From a virus (lineage: Duplodnaviria > Caudoviricetes): a DNA stretch of 64,000 nt. Below the pieces are notes generated by a model that saw nothing but the letters and a program-made list of their open reading frames with translations, was not told the DNA's origin and ran no database searches. Location of the stretch: the IMG/VR virus record IMGVR_UViG_3300017963_000189, one strand, 5' to 3'. Positions 19,001 to 29,119 of the stretch are shown here, piece by piece (positions within the stretch are counted from its first letter, which is position 1; each line of letters begins with the position of its first letter). A program made the position numbers and the translations under genes.

Positions 19001-21309
19001 TTTGACGATGATATAATACCACTACCACTTAACATAAATGTTTGGTTGGGCGCCATTAACTTGCCTTCAGGTTGAATCTGCCATCCACCTATCGAACCAC
19101 TCATAAAATGAGCATATCCAACTTGTGTGATAGCAGCTCGATAATAGTTACCAGTGTCCGGATCATAATAAGCATGTGGATCAGGAGAAATACCACCAAG
19201 CGGTACTTTGATTTGATTAGCTTCAATCGATCCACTAAAGAAACCATCAGTAGCATAAATCGAACCGGTTACCTCAAGTCGTCCAGTATCCGTTCTAAAT
19301 CGAATAGCGTGTGGGCGATCAGACCCTGATGGTATTTTTTGACCACCATGTATTTCTAATCCCACTCCATCATAGCCACCAGGATTATCTACCGTTAAAA
19401 CTGATCCACTCCACAACATAAATCCACTTGGACCTGTACCATCAATAGCATGCGACCAACCACGATAACCTACGTTTCTCAAATAAGCAGACCTTACACC
19501 CGCCATTTCAATACCTTCGCCAATAGCATTTCCAATATATACCGATCCCGTAAGAACGTTATCAGTTCCCTCTATATAAATGTTACTTCCTCTAAAACTA
19601 AACTCAGATGAAGTAGCAAAAGTATCAGCTCTTTTACCCTCAAAATCATAAAACTCTGCTTTAAACTCTAACTTGTCGTCTCTTTGCCAGTCAAGTATTG
19701 GTATAGTAAGTATAGCATTATCGGGCGAAAATCCGGTCTCTTGTGATGGTTTTATAGACATTTGAGATATATACCAATCACCAGATGGAATAACAAATCG
19801 TATGTGTCCCGTTCCAGTATTATCAGCTATAAAGGATGCTTCTACTTCACCAAAATTTTTCTCGTCGCCAGATATGTTTTGTAAATCAACCTTCCCTACT
19901 AACTTTCCTAATCCACCAACTAAATCAGTCTCGGAATCATTGAAAGCAGAACCTGACATATAAATTTGAAATTCACCTTCACTTCCGGTAATCGTCTCGC
20001 CAACCATTTCAACTATCTTTGGTTTTCTAACACCAACAAGTCTCGCGGTAAAAGTGTATTCACTTCCTTCATTGAAATTTATATCTTGAACCGGGAATAC
20101 GGTATAAAAGAAATCTTTGGGGCGACCCGTTTGACTTCCACTAATATAAATAGCATCCCTTATCTTAGAACTATCCCTTGATAAACTTGGAAACGCATCA
20201 TTTGAACTAAATCTTGAAGATGTCCAAAATGAATCTATTATTGTTTCATTATATATCAATCCATAATGTATATCATAATTAACAGTATTTTCGTCAATCA
20301 TTAAATCTGGGCTCTCAAGAACAACGTCACCCATTAAATCAAAATCTCGATCACTACCTGCAGACTTCATAAAAAGTTTGAGAGCATAAACATCGCCAGA
20401 GAATGTTTCCATATCCGCAATGTTTACTTTAGCAAAAGATTTATAATTTTCAGTAGCTGAATAAGTTGGTTCTATCTCATATCGTAATGAATAAGGACTG
20501 TTTATAAAATCTTTTGTATTACCTTTTGTTCCTATCGCCAGTGTACGATCTATAAATGATTCAGGTAAATATGAACGTTGTGTATCCGGTGGGCTATATG
20601 GTTCACCTGCAATAGCAGAATTAACATTTACCACTTCCTTTATTGTCGTTTGATATTCATCATTGTCGCCTGCGATAACATATGGAGTTGGTACGGTTAA
20701 CGTTCCACCTTCCATCTGGCGTATAAATGCTCCACCGGAAATGGATAACATATAATCACTTCCTACCATTTGTCCCGCAACAGAACCACTCGTATAATCA
20801 ACCGATTCAGGACTTGAACTTGTAGTATATGACCTAACTAAATAAGGTGTATATAATTCCTGTGCGGATATAATAGGAGGCTTATAAAATTTTATCGGAG
20901 ATACATTTCTTAAGGCAGGATCAACGGTAATCGTCTTTTGCCATCTTACATTTAGATGATTTTCCCATTCAGGAGGAACATTCTTTGCTTCCCCTGCAAT
21001 GGTTAATGTCGCAGCACCATAAAGTTCATCGGAATACACATAAATAGAAACCACCCTGGATGAACCTTCAATATAATCAGGATACTCTGAATATATTACA
21101 TTCCCTTCAGCATTCAATACCTCAACTTTTACTTCACTATTCAGCTTGAGTAAATCAGAGCCATCGATGCGGAAAGCGGTCTTACCACCTGGGAAAACTT
21201 CAGGAATACCTGATACACGAAAATATTGAGAATTTGGGTCGGTATCTTCTATAAAAACATCGATAAGGTGTAACCCAATGTATTGATTACTCTTTCTTTT
21301 GATCGCCAT
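16036..21309 (-). CDS. large tail fibre-like protein with C-terminal peptidase S74 intramolecular chaperone
   Basis: TSDINLKKNI...LRGVEFDW...GLIAQDVEKVIPEAV...IHYEKLVPLLVEAIKE; GSIGGW/F repeats; start moved from 21321 to 21309 by GGAG spacing. Confidence 0.8.
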   Translation of the reverse strand: MAIKRKSNQYIGLHLIDVFIEDTDPNSQYFRVSGIPEVFPGGKTAFRIDGSDLLKLNSEVKVEVLNAEGNVIYSEYPDYIEGSSRVVSIYVYSDELYGAATLTIAGEAKNVPPEWENHLNVRWQKTITVDPALRNVSPIKFYKPPIISAQELYTPYLVRSYTTSSSPESVDYTSGSVAGQMVGSDYMLSISGGAFIRQMEGGTLTVPTPYVIAGDNDEYQTTIKEVVNVNSAIAGEPYSPPDTQRSYLPESFIDRTLAIGTKGNTKDFINSPYSLRYEIEPTYSATENYKSFAKVNIADMETFSGDVYALKLFMKSAGSDRDFDLMGDVVLESPDLMIDENTVNYDIHYGLIYNETIIDSFWTSSRFSSNDAFPSLSRDSSKIRDAIYISGSQTGRPKDFFYTVFPVQDINFNEGSEYTFTARLVGVRKPKIVEMVGETITGSEGEFQIYMSGSAFNDSETDLVGGLGKLVGKVDLQNISGDEKNFGEVEASFIADNTGTGHIRFVIPSGDWYISQMSIKPSQETGFSPDNAILTIPILDWQRDDKLEFKAEFYDFEGKRADTFATSSEFSFRGSNIYIEGTDNVLTGSVYIGNAIGEGIEMAGVRSAYLRNVGYRGWSHAIDGTGPSGFMLWSGSVLTVDNPGGYDGVGLEIHGGQKIPSGSDRPHAIRFRTDTGRLEVTGSIYATDGFFSGSIEANQIKVPLGGISPDPHAYYDPDTGNYYRAAITQVGYAHFMSGSIGGWQIQPEGKLMAPNQTFMLSGSGIISSSNFYVNEAGALTASNATIYGTLVAGTGSIGGWKIGHYFLSASNIIIDSNGTLQTADYVSGERGWRITSAFNGYGEFENVRIRGTLRTTVFEKETVNAVGGQLWVANSTTISGSVTMSANPADQTYNEWPVENASGWTNGEVAKVKKVTDTGFTTEYVLVTSSSRLDPASSTDFRGYIYVTRSWQSDEPWNFGQLADPSGDSIIGDSGSGAFSYEPGQVVVSTGISQSGYIRLNANPRDPYTPYIDIVERTGSGVYDLDLKVRLGDLSGLSPGLLYGDTQPGFGLFTENVYLTGKITATTGSFTGKVHAGNLLIGSNVSSSNHGIFINNNNYWYDNGDFKVGNSTNNMEWDSTTLKITGSVDATYGKIGGFNLSPDALYSGDDQCCPNFFISGAAVTGGTLKETLFISSSEFQVGANGVISASAGRIAGFTIDEDALIGSYTSPGGRNTAIRFDPDEASIVFVSRSADLVSDFEILRISASTAAVTVDADAETTEIIGHTVVTGDRMKLDEVQFHVEQRESPVGRWTAYNYYKENNTGNISGMEPDQHSYTLYAQNDNLSGEIWPVTTQSAAGWGDYTGSNVNAAIKGYQGRGGGDSIKSGIWGSCNDHYFSCGILADGVVKDISGGAGNPGSSAWAFVTRFRPSVFGNPWTGSLNDLWTSPGSNFHAVTTIEDKHCGLIIYPPEFSAYKKGAGAAPAGYKNVANDDIAGRVGLGVWVPQTKLDVRGVISSSMVNTIQLGVTSSANFAGTSTFENVATFEAEPLVQFNVATTDGTDGTYQRLNNTNTSTNVQSGFIFQNGTTANTYKGAILFQDIDSWGRGRLHFALNSSGSAGEVTRADSRLNIHHGGDVGIGVLANTGWTGTFKLYVGGNIGASGNITALTTSDINLKKNISQLLNPLQKVIQLRGVEFDWDKKDSGIPHEDGKHDVGLIAQDVEKVIPEAVVKMGDGYKGIHYEKLVPLLVEAIKEQNEKISDLEKRIKDLEDGDRS

Positions 21310-21368
21310 AAAAATCTCCATTACACATAGTTATTCACATATAAATATATGTAACGAAGATTATTACA

Positions 21369-24300
21369 TTAATTTACGATCTTACTAAAACCATTTTCTT
21401 TTTTGATTTCTAATGCGGAATCAACCATGTCTTTTACATAATCTAAGTGAGAAATGATCAAAACAAAATCAAATTGTGTCTTGAGATAATCAAATAACAT
21501 ATATAAATTATTGGCGTTGTCGGCATCCAAGCTTCCAAAACCTTCATCAATAACTAAAAAGTTTGGACGAGGCAAACTCGATACGCCGATAAGAGCAACC
21601 CGAATCGCTACGTTGACGATAAACCTTTCCATTCCACTTATCAACTCAATGGGCCAGACATCTTCCTCACTATATACTATCTTTCCATATATGTCTTTAT
21701 CGTCTACATCAACTCCGAGTATAATACCAAAATCAACCATTTGAGATAATATGTTGTTTACTTCACTCTCTACAACAGGTAAAATCCTCTCCATCAAATC
21801 AAGTGGAATACCATTCTTTTCTACAGCTTCCATGTAAAACCGGTACGCTGTACTTCTTTGTTCCAAATCTTTTACATAATCTATTTCTTTGTTTATCTTC
21901 TTTATTTGATCTTCATACACTTTTATTTTGGCATGGATGTCCATAATTTCTTGATTTATTTCACTAATACCATTTTCAACAACTACAAGTTTACTTTCCC
22001 AATCATCTATTTTGTCTTGTGTTTCTCGATTCTTCTTTATCGTCTTTTCATTTTTCTCATATGTCTTTATACTTTTTTCTACATCCTTTAATTCTATTTT
22101 CGCCTCTTTTAATGACGATTCTCTACTAAATTTTGACTTTTCTTCGTCACTCAATTCCATCGAGTAGGCATTTATGTTTCCATTGAGTTGGTTGTAATGA
22201 GTATATTTAGTTTCTACATAACTACCCTTTTCTAACATCTTATCAAACTCAGAGATTTTATCCTCAAAGGTTTTCATAATCATTCTATTTTCTTCAATAT
22301 CATCTTCCTCTAACTTTGAGTTGACAAAAACTTTATTGTCACCACAAACATTACATTCATCATTGTATTGTATCTTGGCGAAATCTCCTAACTCTTTTGT
22401 TTTTGATTCTACCTTTATCTTGTATTTGTCAAAATCATGTTTCGCCTCATGTCGATGTTTTTTTATCTCCATGATAAGTTCATACTTCTCTACAATATCA
22501 CTATCTATATCCTTGAGTAATGTTTTGTTCTCTTTTATTTCCTCTTTCAAATTATTTATCTTTTCCTTGATCTCAACTATTTCTTGTTCATATGTTTCTA
22601 TATCCGTTCCAAGATTTATTCGTTTTCGTCGTAAACCCTCTATATCGGATATACTATCAAATCGAACAAGTTTACTCGTAAGTTTCTTTATTTCATTATT
22701 AATTTGTTTGTATAACTTGTCATATTCTTTTTTACGAGCAGTTCTTTCTTTATATTCTTTATTATGTTTCTTCAATGATAATTCTGCACCAGACAACTCT
22801 TTACTAAACTCTCGTCTCTCAAAATCTTTCAAAACCGCATTTGTTTCTCTAACCGCTTCAAAGGCTAAATCATATAGTTGACCAAATACATTGAAATCTA
22901 AGAAGTTAGCCAGATGTTCCTTACGATCAGATTGTTTCATTGTTGTAAAGTTTTTGTGATTACTAATAAATTGTGGGATAAGAGCAGTTGTTTGAAAATC
23001 GTCATAATCTCCTAAATAACTTCTTATACTGGCGTTCGTTGAACTTCGTCTATCTCCATTCAATGATTTTCTCTCTCCATTTAACATTCGTACAGAAAAG
23101 TCAGTCTTTACATTTACCATTCCCCTTTTATTTGTAGTCGCCTTTCGTTTGATACGATATATCTTGTCGTCAATGTCAAACTCAAACTTCGAATCAAAAT
23201 TATCCCTCTTACTATTGAGTGCGTTCTTGGCCTTCCATGCACGCGCAGACTTGTCGAAAATAGTGAATGATAACGATTCTATAAAATTACTCTTTCCACT
23301 CGCATTCGGAGCAAATAAGCCGACAACACCTTTGAGATTTGTGAAATCTACTTTGTTGCCGTCTCCATATGAAAATAAGTTGGAAAATGTAAATGTCTGC
23401 GGTTTCCAAACTACATTCCGTGCAATGTCACGCGGTGGTAACTTTCCATTTAACTCGGTGTTGATTTCAAATATCTTTGTTATTGTCGATTCATCAAGAA
23501 AATGTTTCTTTTCTAAAAATTCTCGTATCAACTCATTTTGAAAATTTATATCCCTAACATCCCCAATATCTATTTTCTTCAATACCGATGATCCATTCTT
23601 ATTCAATAAATCATGAATCTTTACTTCAGATACTTCATGTATATGTGGATATTGTTTTCGAATCACCGTCATTATTTCCGTGATCCGTGATGGAAGTGTA
23701 TCTTTTATTTTTAATCGGAGGCGAGCTTTCTCAGGTAATCCTTGTATATCTGGTATCACACCTTTATCAATGAATAATGTTCTATATCCATAATCATTGT
23801 GTACCTTGATGAACTCCGCTTTCCTCTTTGACACATCCCATTTCAATATACCCTTGTTATCATCTTCGCCATGATTTTGTTGTATCAACGAGCCAGGGAA
23901 CGCCATTGTCTTTTGTTTATTCATATATTGATGTTTATGAATGTCACCTAATAATACAATGTCATATCCCTTGAATATGTCTTGTTTTACCTTGTCATTG
24001 TGTAACTTGAAGCCAGTGTCGGCGACCGCCTGGTGTATCGTGCCGTGATATAAAGCTATTTTCGTGCTGTCGCCCTCTACCTGATCCGCCGATATGAAGT
24101 TCTCCACTTTGTCAAATACGGACATTACAACAAATTTTGTGTTCGCTATGTCGTAGACGCCAGAATGTTTGAGATAAAATAGATTGTGACTGTCAAGATT
24201 TTTTACTATCGATGTCAATGTGTCCATTCTACTCATATTATTCAAATTACAATCATGATTACCTGCTATCACGATTGTAGGTATAATATTTGTCAATCTC

Positions 24301-24536
24301 TTGAATAACTCAAATGTCAAATCAACTAACTCAGGTGACATTTCTAACTTAGCATGTACGATGTCACCAGCTAAAACAACTACTGCATTCTCGGTGTCCT
24401 TTTGTACTTCATAATACAATCTTTCAAATACTTGTCGATATTCCTTGTGACGCCTGACATTACGTATATGAATGTCCGCCGTATGATAAATGGTTTTCAA
24501 CTCGTCGAAGTTTACCGGTATCTTGTCTTTCATCAT
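21369..24536 (-). CDS. fused SbcD/Mre11 nuclease - SbcC/Rad50 ATPase (gp47-gp46-like)
   Basis: ADIH, GDIVH, GNHD, LGDIHK; Walker A APNASGKS; CNVC hook; ISGMER signature; VIDEGFGSLD. Confidence 0.9.
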   Translation of the reverse strand: MMKDKIPVNFDELKTIYHTADIHIRNVRRHKEYRQVFERLYYEVQKDTENAVVVLAGDIVHAKLEMSPELVDLTFELFKRLTNIIPTIVIAGNHDCNLNNMSRMDTLTSIVKNLDSHNLFYLKHSGVYDIANTKFVVMSVFDKVENFISADQVEGDSTKIALYHGTIHQAVADTGFKLHNDKVKQDIFKGYDIVLLGDIHKHQYMNKQKTMAFPGSLIQQNHGEDDNKGILKWDVSKRKAEFIKVHNDYGYRTLFIDKGVIPDIQGLPEKARLRLKIKDTLPSRITEIMTVIRKQYPHIHEVSEVKIHDLLNKNGSSVLKKIDIGDVRDINFQNELIREFLEKKHFLDESTITKIFEINTELNGKLPPRDIARNVVWKPQTFTFSNLFSYGDGNKVDFTNLKGVVGLFAPNASGKSNFIESLSFTIFDKSARAWKAKNALNSKRDNFDSKFEFDIDDKIYRIKRKATTNKRGMVNVKTDFSVRMLNGERKSLNGDRRSSTNASIRSYLGDYDDFQTTALIPQFISNHKNFTTMKQSDRKEHLANFLDFNVFGQLYDLAFEAVRETNAVLKDFERREFSKELSGAELSLKKHNKEYKERTARKKEYDKLYKQINNEIKKLTSKLVRFDSISDIEGLRRKRINLGTDIETYEQEIVEIKEKINNLKEEIKENKTLLKDIDSDIVEKYELIMEIKKHRHEAKHDFDKYKIKVESKTKELGDFAKIQYNDECNVCGDNKVFVNSKLEEDDIEENRMIMKTFEDKISEFDKMLEKGSYVETKYTHYNQLNGNINAYSMELSDEEKSKFSRESSLKEAKIELKDVEKSIKTYEKNEKTIKKNRETQDKIDDWESKLVVVENGISEINQEIMDIHAKIKVYEDQIKKINKEIDYVKDLEQRSTAYRFYMEAVEKNGIPLDLMERILPVVESEVNNILSQMVDFGIILGVDVDDKDIYGKIVYSEEDVWPIELISGMERFIVNVAIRVALIGVSSLPRPNFLVIDEGFGSLDADNANNLYMLFDYLKTQFDFVLIISHLDYVKDMVDSALEIKKENGFSKIVN

Positions 24537-25419
24537 ATTCCTTTACCACTCCTATAATTATTCGTTCAAATGTATCTCCCATAATCTCTAATGATAAGTT
24601 TTCCTCTATCAATCGTTTATTTATTTTTCCTTGTCGCCAGTCATATTTTTGTATTAGATTTTGTAAACCATTCAAATCATATTTACATTGTGTATACCAA
24701 CCTGAACAATTACCCCTAAGAAATTCTTTGAAATTCCATTCATTTACCCAACCGTCACAACCATTCACACCATAAACCAATGATGGGCGACCACACGCCA
24801 TTCCCTCATATATTGATCGTCCATAACCTATTACAAAATCAACCATGTTGATCGCCTCACTTACATTGGGCATCAACCTACCATGATGTAACTCTATTCC
24901 CAAATTTTCACATACAATATTTAAAGCCGTTGGTACATCACCACGATAAAGATATAACGCAGAAAATGGTTTTACACTTATACTTGTGTTTGAATAAAAT
25001 TCATTTATGTTTACTCCATTATAAACAACTTTGTCACAACCTAAATCCTCTTTTACTCTATCACTTATTCCAACATGACATTCATGTTTGTATTTTGGAA
25101 AATACCATTCTTCCATTGATCCATGACTTACAAATATAACAGGTACATTTACATTCTTTATCATATCTTCATGAATACTATAATTCAATATAATTACATC
25201 ATAATCACCAAACCATGTTCCTTTATCATCAAACATATTATTGATTATTTTTTCATAAAAGACAGTATATCCTGGCACATAATTTATTTCATTATCTTTA
25301 TCAGGTGAAATGTGAAAATGAACTTGATGTCCTTTCTTTATCAACTCATTTGATAAATCGTTAGCCCATAAATTAACACCGGTTAACCTATTATGTCCTA
25401 ATATAATCAATATTCTCAA
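24460..25419 (-). CDS. GT-B glycosyltransferase (GT4-like)
   Basis: N-terminal MRILII...G...W...L..EL...GHQV; HVGISD...YNGVNINEF; GRSIYEGMACGRP. Confidence 0.7.
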   Translation of the reverse strand: MRILIILGHNRLTGVNLWANDLSNELIKKGHQVHFHISPDKDNEINYVPGYTVFYEKIINNMFDDKGTWFGDYDVIILNYSIHEDMIKNVNVPVIFVSHGSMEEWYFPKYKHECHVGISDRVKEDLGCDKVVYNGVNINEFYSNTSISVKPFSALYLYRGDVPTALNIVCENLGIELHHGRLMPNVSEAINMVDFVIGYGRSIYEGMACGRPSLVYGVNGCDGWVNEWNFKEFLRGNCSGWYTQCKYDLNGLQNLIQKYDWRQGKINKRLIEENLSLEIMGDTFERIIIGVVKEYDERQDTGKLRRVENHLSYGGHSYT

Positions 25420-26378
25420 ACTAATCCTACCTTATATTTCATTAATTCAGGAAAATCCATTCTCGTAGTTTGTTGTTTTATGACCCTAACCATTTCCATA
25501 AATCCTAAATCCGCCGGGTCTTTCGCTCCAAGATTTACAACGTGTGTTTCTATTCCCTCTTTTAAAAATGTCTCAACTATTATAGCTATATTTTTCTTAG
25601 CATCTTCGTCTAAAGATATATAAATTTTTGGTGGGCGATTTGTAAGTATTTTATCGTGTAGTTTCTCCATAATCGTTTTACCAAATAACGGTATCGCGTT
25701 CCGGCGAATGGCAATCGCATCGAACACTCCCTCAACTAAAACTATTGGTATGTTCCAATTTATCATATTCTCAAACCCTATTATGTCCTTTGTTATTTCA
25801 GGATTTTTATACTTGATATATGCGTCCTCATAATAACTACGAGCAGAAAAGAAATTCAATCTATTATCTTCATCATATGATGGAATGATTATTCTATTTT
25901 TATATTCGCCTTCTTTACAAAATCCTATTTGATACTTTATTATATCTCCCCAACTTATCTTCCTCTTATTCAAATAGACGGCAGCGCGGCGAAACTCTAA
26001 ATCGTCAGGTGTCCCTGGGTAGCCCCAAATAGGTAAAAATTCTTGTGGTAAAGATAAAACTTTCTTCGTCTCGTCTTTCTTCTCAATACTATAATGTCTC
26101 TCACCTAAAATGTCGCTGAGTTCCTCAAGCTGAACCGGAGTCGCTTTGAACCTCTTGAATAACGTCCAAAGATTTTTTCCTTTCGTGTTGTCATAATCTT
26201 GACAGACCCAACACGCCCATTTGCCGAACTTCGGCGATGATCTATTTATATTGATTGACAATTTCCTCTTGTAATGATTACAAGACGGACAAAAATATAA
26301 ATAGTCGCCTTTTGATCCTTGTTTCTTGTTCGAACCTAAAAGGGATTCTAATAATTGTAATAACTTTATTTCACTCAT
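25416..26378 (-). CDS. DNA primase (Zn-binding domain + TOPRIM)
   Basis: CPSC...CWVC; RIIIP; KYKNP; LVEGVFD; SLDED. Confidence 0.9.
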   Translation of the reverse strand: MSEIKLLQLLESLLGSNKKQGSKGDYLYFCPSCNHYKRKLSININRSSPKFGKWACWVCQDYDNTKGKNLWTLFKRFKATPVQLEELSDILGERHYSIEKKDETKKVLSLPQEFLPIWGYPGTPDDLEFRRAAVYLNKRKISWGDIIKYQIGFCKEGEYKNRIIIPSYDEDNRLNFFSARSYYEDAYIKYKNPEITKDIIGFENMINWNIPIVLVEGVFDAIAIRRNAIPLFGKTIMEKLHDKILTNRPPKIYISLDEDAKKNIAIIVETFLKEGIETHVVNLGAKDPADLGFMEMVRVIKQQTTRMDFPELMKYKVGLV

Positions 26379-26389
26379 ATATTTTATAC

Positions 26390-26731
26390 TTATTTCTTGT
26401 TTAGTAGTTCCAATAACTTTTCAAATTCCAATACAGCATATGTCTTTGACCTATTCCGCTTAAATACTAATAATGGAATTCGACCTTCTTTTTGATTTGA
26501 TTCCGCTTGTTCTAAAGCAGACCATATAGATAATTTTTCTTGATTTTTGGCTTCAATGTCAAATGGTATCTCGTCTTCCGCTGCCGGAGATAAAATTATA
26601 TCTCTACCAGATTCGCCCATTACCGCGGTTTTTATGTCACCTTCTCGTAATGATGTGTAAGTTTCCATTAATAATTTCTTGACGGCGTCTTGTAACCGAC
26701 GACCTTTAGCTTTCGCTGAACGTGTTTTCAT
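26390..26731 (-). CDS. PD-(D/E)xK nuclease, Holliday junction resolvase-like
   Basis: SAKAKGRRLQ, GRDI, DIEAKNQE, PLLVFKRNR. Confidence 0.65.
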   Translation of the reverse strand: MKTRSAKAKGRRLQDAVKKLLMETYTSLREGDIKTAVMGESGRDIILSPAAEDEIPFDIEAKNQEKLSIWSALEQAESNQKEGRIPLLVFKRNRSKTYAVLEFEKLLELLNKK

Positions 26732-26751
26732 TCGTAAACTCCTTTGTCTTT

Positions 26752-26780
26752 ATTATACTATTTTATGTTAGAAAAGTTCC
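26752..26780 (-). promoter_or_regulatory. putative middle promoter GGAACT-N17-TATAAT
   Basis: Same architecture at 47965-47993; directly upstream of the resolvase/primase operon. Confidence 0.55.
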
Positions 26781-26781
26781 A

Positions 26782-28152
26782 TTAAATGATGTATAACTCC
26801 ATTGGTGAAATCTTTAATCCAATGTTATTCCTTATACGAAAATAACCGGTTGATGAACCAGGTGGTATTCTAAAACTCATATGTCTACGATCATATATTT
26901 CTACTTGTCTCATATTTAATTCCGATCCCGTATCATTGATGTAACCACCAATCGTACCAAGAAATTGGCTTCCGGTTACATATATCCTATCTCCTGCAGA
27001 ACCGGTTTTTGGATTGAAATCATTTATAGTCGCTTTCTTTGATGATACACCTGGCATCCAAATAAAATCTTCACCCGATGACGCTACCAAACTTTGACTA
27101 TTTTGTACTCTTATTCTATGTGGGCTCGCATTTTCAGGTAATGTAAATCGTATATGATTATCATTTACAATCGTAAATGATCCTGTTGTTTGGTGTACCG
27201 CAACAGCAGTAACTCCAAGAAATCTACTTCCCCAAATATGAAGTATGTCGCCATATGGGGCGTATGTTGGATAAAATGTTTGGATGTTTGTATCGGCTTC
27301 CGGTTCAACATAAACTTCCTCAGGTGTTACAAATACATTATTATCAAAATCAACTAATCTTACCGGATTTGTTTGAGCACCAGCAGGAATATAAAAAGTT
27401 ATTTCGTGATTGTTATTCAATACCCATTGATTACGATTAACTATAACATTTCCTACTCTCAACCTTTTTGTATATTGAAGATTGTCGCCAAAAAGTGTTA
27501 TTGGTGTGTAATATGATCCGGTTCGAGGCACAAATCGACCAAATGTTGGCGATTGTATCTGTGTGCCAGAAATCTGCATCCAACCATCAGCTTTATCAAA
27601 CTCTTGATTGTAGTTGTATACCGTTAAAAACCCAGTCTCACTTCCACTTGGAACGCGAACCCGTATATTGTTGTTATCTAAAATTCTCAACTCTTTCGTT
27701 TTACGCCAACTAAATCCTACCTTAGCAGTTCCAAGAAAATCACTACCACTTATCCTAACTATTTGACCCTCGGAAGCAGTTAATGGGGCGAAACTATGTA
27801 TAATAGGATTTGTTTTTCTCCACCTACTTACATTCTTGGCGTCCTTTAATTCCTCTTTAGATGGAAATGGATATGAACCACTTATTTCTTCCATCAATCC
27901 ATATACTCTCGGTGTTCCTGTATAAACTCCCCATCCTTGATAATCTTCGTAATCATCCCTTTCAAGTTGATCTATATCATAATACCCTTCCTCATGATCA
28001 TCGGATATATCATCACTTCCACTATATGACCCACTTGTTATACGCCAAACATAAATGTCTCGGCGAGCCCAGTCAGGATCGCCAGGTTGTCCGTTTGGAA
28101 TAAACTGCTTTATTACCCGAAACGCCATATCGTAACTCCCCTTACCAATCAA
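26782..28152 (-). CDS. IPT/TIG (Ig-like) repeat virion protein
   Basis: Repeated I.SF.P..A..G..V.I.GS.FLGT...I.VRVPSG.ETG units. Confidence 0.75.
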   Translation of the reverse strand: MIGKGSYDMAFRVIKQFIPNGQPGDPDWARRDIYVWRITSGSYSGSDDISDDHEEGYYDIDQLERDDYEDYQGWGVYTGTPRVYGLMEEISGSYPFPSKEELKDAKNVSRWRKTNPIIHSFAPLTASEGQIVRISGSDFLGTAKVGFSWRKTKELRILDNNNIRVRVPSGSETGFLTVYNYNQEFDKADGWMQISGTQIQSPTFGRFVPRTGSYYTPITLFGDNLQYTKRLRVGNVIVNRNQWVLNNNHEITFYIPAGAQTNPVRLVDFDNNVFVTPEEVYVEPEADTNIQTFYPTYAPYGDILHIWGSRFLGVTAVAVHQTTGSFTIVNDNHIRFTLPENASPHRIRVQNSQSLVASSGEDFIWMPGVSSKKATINDFNPKTGSAGDRIYVTGSQFLGTIGGYINDTGSELNMRQVEIYDRRHMSFRIPPGSSTGYFRIRNNIGLKISPMELYII

Positions 28153-29119
28153 GTCTCACTACAAATGTTATCGCTAAATCAGGATCATTTTTTATCGGTT
28201 GAGCGGTCTTTCCAACCGCCATAAGATTTAAGTTGTCGTCATATAACCCTATTGTCGTTACATAAGAAGAAAAGTCAGAACTCGTCACATAACCTAACGG
28301 TTCTGCTAACATCAATGACCTACTTACTCTCGCACTTGGATTCATCGGCATATTAAACTCACCCGCTTTCGCTGTACAATACGCTTCTAACTCATATATC
28401 CTTTGAATCGATTTAAACTTTACGGTGTATACACTTGAGCCAGTTCCAAAATACTGATACTGGGAACCTGTACTCGTTATGACCATATTACCATGTTCGT
28501 AAAATACATTTCCTACCGTCCACGCTGATGCTGTTGCGGAAAAACTTGCTGAATTCGCATTGTCGTAAAGATTTCCCTTTCCATCGTCATATAATGTAAA
28601 TGATTGTGAAACACCAGCATATGAAGCAGAAACTTGTTCAATGTGTATCGTTCCCGGTTTCATACCATCACCAAAGCGTTCCTGTGGCACGGACACAACA
28701 ACCGCACGATCACCTAACATTTTATATACATTGAGACTGTTTGGCCCGAAGTTTTTGAATGGTTCAAAATATTTCACTACAACAGCAGAACCGGTCGTAA
28801 AATCTTGACTTCCTATTTGATGTAGTTTATCTTTTACTTGTAAACTCGTGTCAGGACGATATACAGATGAGCCAGTAAAACTTACTATACTTGTCTCATT
28901 ATAGTACATATGTTTTATACTATCGTAAAGTGTCCTTGTAGGAATAACAGAACCACTTACCACTCCATCAACCGAAGGCGTATACCAACTTCCGGTACGC
29001 TGGAACGCACTTCTTACTTGTACTATATCCGTATCATCTTGAGTGAATGTCCATAATTTATTCGCCTCAAACTCACGAAAACTAACATTATCAGGTGGTA
29101 ATTCTTTATACGCGCTCAT
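28142..29119 (-). CDS. putative baseplate/tail structural protein (paralog of 30020-31312)
   Basis: C-terminal YVTTIGLYDD..NLMAVGK..QPI.......FVVRLDW matches the paralog. Confidence 0.6.
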   Translation of the reverse strand: MSAYKELPPDNVSFREFEANKLWTFTQDDTDIVQVRSAFQRTGSWYTPSVDGVVSGSVIPTRTLYDSIKHMYYNETSIVSFTGSSVYRPDTSLQVKDKLHQIGSQDFTTGSAVVVKYFEPFKNFGPNSLNVYKMLGDRAVVVSVPQERFGDGMKPGTIHIEQVSASYAGVSQSFTLYDDGKGNLYDNANSASFSATASAWTVGNVFYEHGNMVITSTGSQYQYFGTGSSVYTVKFKSIQRIYELEAYCTAKAGEFNMPMNPSARVSRSLMLAEPLGYVTSSDFSSYVTTIGLYDDNLNLMAVGKTAQPIKNDPDLAITFVVRLDW

